A DNA stretch of 64,000 bases from Camelus dromedarius. Taxonomy: Eukaryota. This document shows positions 61,713 to 64,000 of the stretch, one piece after another. How positions within the stretch are numbered: position 1 is the stretch's first letter; every line of letters begins with the position of its first letter. The DNA is taken from assembly GCF_036321535.1 (NCBI RefSeq), contig NC_087437.1, forward strand, positions 99,512,001-99,576,000, written 5' to 3'. Both the position numbers and the translations under genes were made by a program. The notes under the pieces were generated by a model. That model was given only the letters and a program-made list of their open reading frames with translations, did not search any database and was not told where the DNA came from.

Positions 61713-63439
61713 GTAGGAAAAAAAGAACACTTTTTTGGTTACATGTTGTATTTGTTTTAGCTGTTTCAGTAATTTACTCCTCTTTAGATAGAGACAGAAC
61801 TGATGTTGCTTATTCTAAAAAACTGAAAAATAGGTTATGTCTACTTACTTGCTAAACTTGAAATCATCTAACACATGGTTAGATGTGTTTTGAATTTTTC
61901 TTCCATATGATTATGAACTACTAGAGTTTATTATAACTTTTATAGTTTATGTTTTACTGTGGACTGAATTTATTCATCCTTTTACGTTTTTGTATTACAT
62001 TCTTCATAATTTTAGGGTAGTCTGACATTAGTATATACAATTTCCATATATTAGGAAGACAAGTTTATAATATATACACTTATGTATATTAATATATGCA
62101 ATATATTGTTAGAAATCGAGATTCTCTGGCCTACCATAATTACATATTTTTCTTTCTATTTTAAAACTGTAATTTTTAAAGAACCAACCAAAGTAGCCAT
62201 ACGGATAATTAGCTATCAGTGATTTAGTAAAATAAATGTTAGTTTGGAAGAATTTACTTCAGTATTAGCTTTACTTAATAAAAGTGCCAGAAAATGTGGC
62301 CCTTTTCTTGGCTGGGATGTATGTGAAGATAAATTTAGAATTTCTAGTCTAGTAAATACTTCTCTGATAATAGCTTAATTGCAGCTATTTCAAACCAAAT
62401 TGTTTAATTGTGGTGAATCATATGCAGATTGTTCAGATGTAGGTCAACCTCCCACTCCCACGTTCCAGCACCTCTTTTCTAATTCAGGAAAGCTGCTCAA
62501 TGCCTAAAAGAGACAGAACACCACTGATTAAGGACATAAGACAAACACAAACAACGGTAACGTAAAAGTCAACAGGGGGCCAGGAGTCGGAAAAAAAGGC
62601 ACGGGCGGCTGCATTTATTTTACCTCTGCCGATGGCCTCTTATGGTTGCTGTGTGTGCACGACGGTTTGCTCACTGCTCATGAGATTTGTTGTTGGCAAA
62701 TCACAGTGCCTCTAGGATGCTGTTTCCTCATCTGTACTTATTTTCGGTGATCTGGATAAGTGCACAGGTGGGCCTCATGAACGGGACAGAATACCTTGTG
62801 TAGCCCTGGGGGAGGCCAGCGGAGATGTACTGCAGTTGTAGAAGGGATAGGAATCCTTTATTTTTCTGGCTGCTGCATTCTGGTTCTAACCTCTGCTTGC
62901 CTTTGTGATGAGTCATTGTATCACTTTCTGATGAACAGAGGAGGTTTTATGCTTCTGCTAAATCTTTATACGTGGTCTACTATACTTTGAAAGAAAAATT
63001 TTTATTTCCAGTTTCTAAAGTATCAAAAAATGATAAAGCAGAGTCAGGAGTTTGTTACAGTTGTTGTCTTTTATCTTTAGGTAATTGTCGCCGATGTTTT
63101 TGGTATATTGACAGAAAATAGTGAGCCTTTCTGGTTATTGACAAAAAACTATATTGGACTTTATATTAATAAAATTAGATTCTATGCCTTACTGTAAATG
63201 ATTTTTTAAATTATCTTTCTTTACTGGAATTTTATTTAAGAATTTGAATTTATATTTTCATATAAATTATGATTTTTACCATTTTCTAAAATGTGTTTTG
63301 AGGTTAAATTTTTTGTTCTTGAATAATTATGGAAGAATTGTTGAATTAAATTACTGACTTAGAATGATTTTCTAATTCTTTGAATGGGGAAAATAGATGG
63401 TATATACTTTATTTCTTTTAATATAAATACTTTTATGGT

Positions 63440-63800
63440 TTGAATTATTTAAAATTAAAAAATTGAGAAGTATACTAAGTAGGATGTGGTATTTCCCTCA
63501 AAGTTAGCTACTGCTGAAGTTTTGGTGTTTATTCTTCCAGATTCTTTTCTTTCTATACATAAACATCAGTATCAATCTGCGCACCTAGTGCTTTCATACT
63601 ATATGCATGATTCTGTGTTTTTTTAACATTTTAATTATGAACATCCTTCTAAGTCAATATATGTTATTTATTTCACCCTTTTTAATAGCTGTATATTGAA
63701 CAACTTTTTTTGGTGTACCATGATTTAGTTAATAGCTCTTGGAATTTTTTTTTAATAGAACTTTAAAATAGAATGAAAGCAAGTCTTCCTTAATTACATT
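63440..63800 (-). mobile_element. Very old L1ME-type 3' UTR fragment
   Basis: tactgctgaagttttggtgtttattcttccaga...ctttttaatagctgtatatt...tgtaccatgatttagttaa. Confidence 0.45.
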
Positions 63801-64000
63801 TCTGGCAAGCATACAAAAGAATAATTCTTGTTTGTACGTTGAATTAGGAAATTAAGGAGCAAAGGAAAAGTGTTATAGTAACGAGGCATTAAAAAAAATT
63901 CTTAGGTAAGTGTACATAAATGGTCAGGGGAAAGAAAAACTAGTAACATAGATGTTCATATAACTGGGTTGTGGGAATGTAAAACTAAAATTCCATTTTT

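Larger units (their letters stand above)
9957..64000 (+). other. ZBTB20: Long intron of the same + strand gene (continues beyond the window; may contain cassette exons)
   Basis: Begins with the GTAAGG donor. No coding exon is recognisable, and long L1 fragments are antisense, as is typical inside a transcription unit. Confidence 0.55.

Noticed and set aside
1..64000. CRISPR arrays, operons, rRNA or other prokaryote-type systems
   Set aside because: The sequence is mammalian intronic DNA, and no regularly spaced repeat-spacer array or dense coding structure was seen.

Overview
AT-rich, CpG-depleted mammalian genomic DNA. A tRNA-derived SINE at 46.9 kb (GGGGAGGGTATAGCTCAGTGGTAGAG...GAGGTCCTGGGTTCAATCCCCAGTACCTCC) matches the camelid SINE family, so the source is probably camel, alpaca or llama. 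No conventional protein-coding exon is visible, and the ORF-track entries are short chance ORFs or L1 remnants. The window looks like the inside of a very long + strand gene, since the long L1 copies are almost all antisense. One clear exon sits at ~9760-9956 with a TAG|GTAAGG donor. I recognise it from memory, unverified, as a 5'-UTR exon of ZBTB20, and it is preceded by a promoter-like segment. The rest is intron containing L1, L2, MIR, MaLR LTR, hAT/Tigger MITEs and microsatellites. Best leads: a 54-codon ORF filling the 'non-coding' exon that stays open into a 46-nt candidate cassette exon 52 kb downstream, a recursive-splice-site-like element at 63.08 kb, a possible AmnSINE1/Deu-domain remnant at 24.1 kb, and a tailless SINE half-copy with a 13-bp TSD at 35.3 kb. 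Repeat subfamily names and boundaries are by eye and approximate. Nothing here is demonstrably a new biological system, and all leads are hypotheses.
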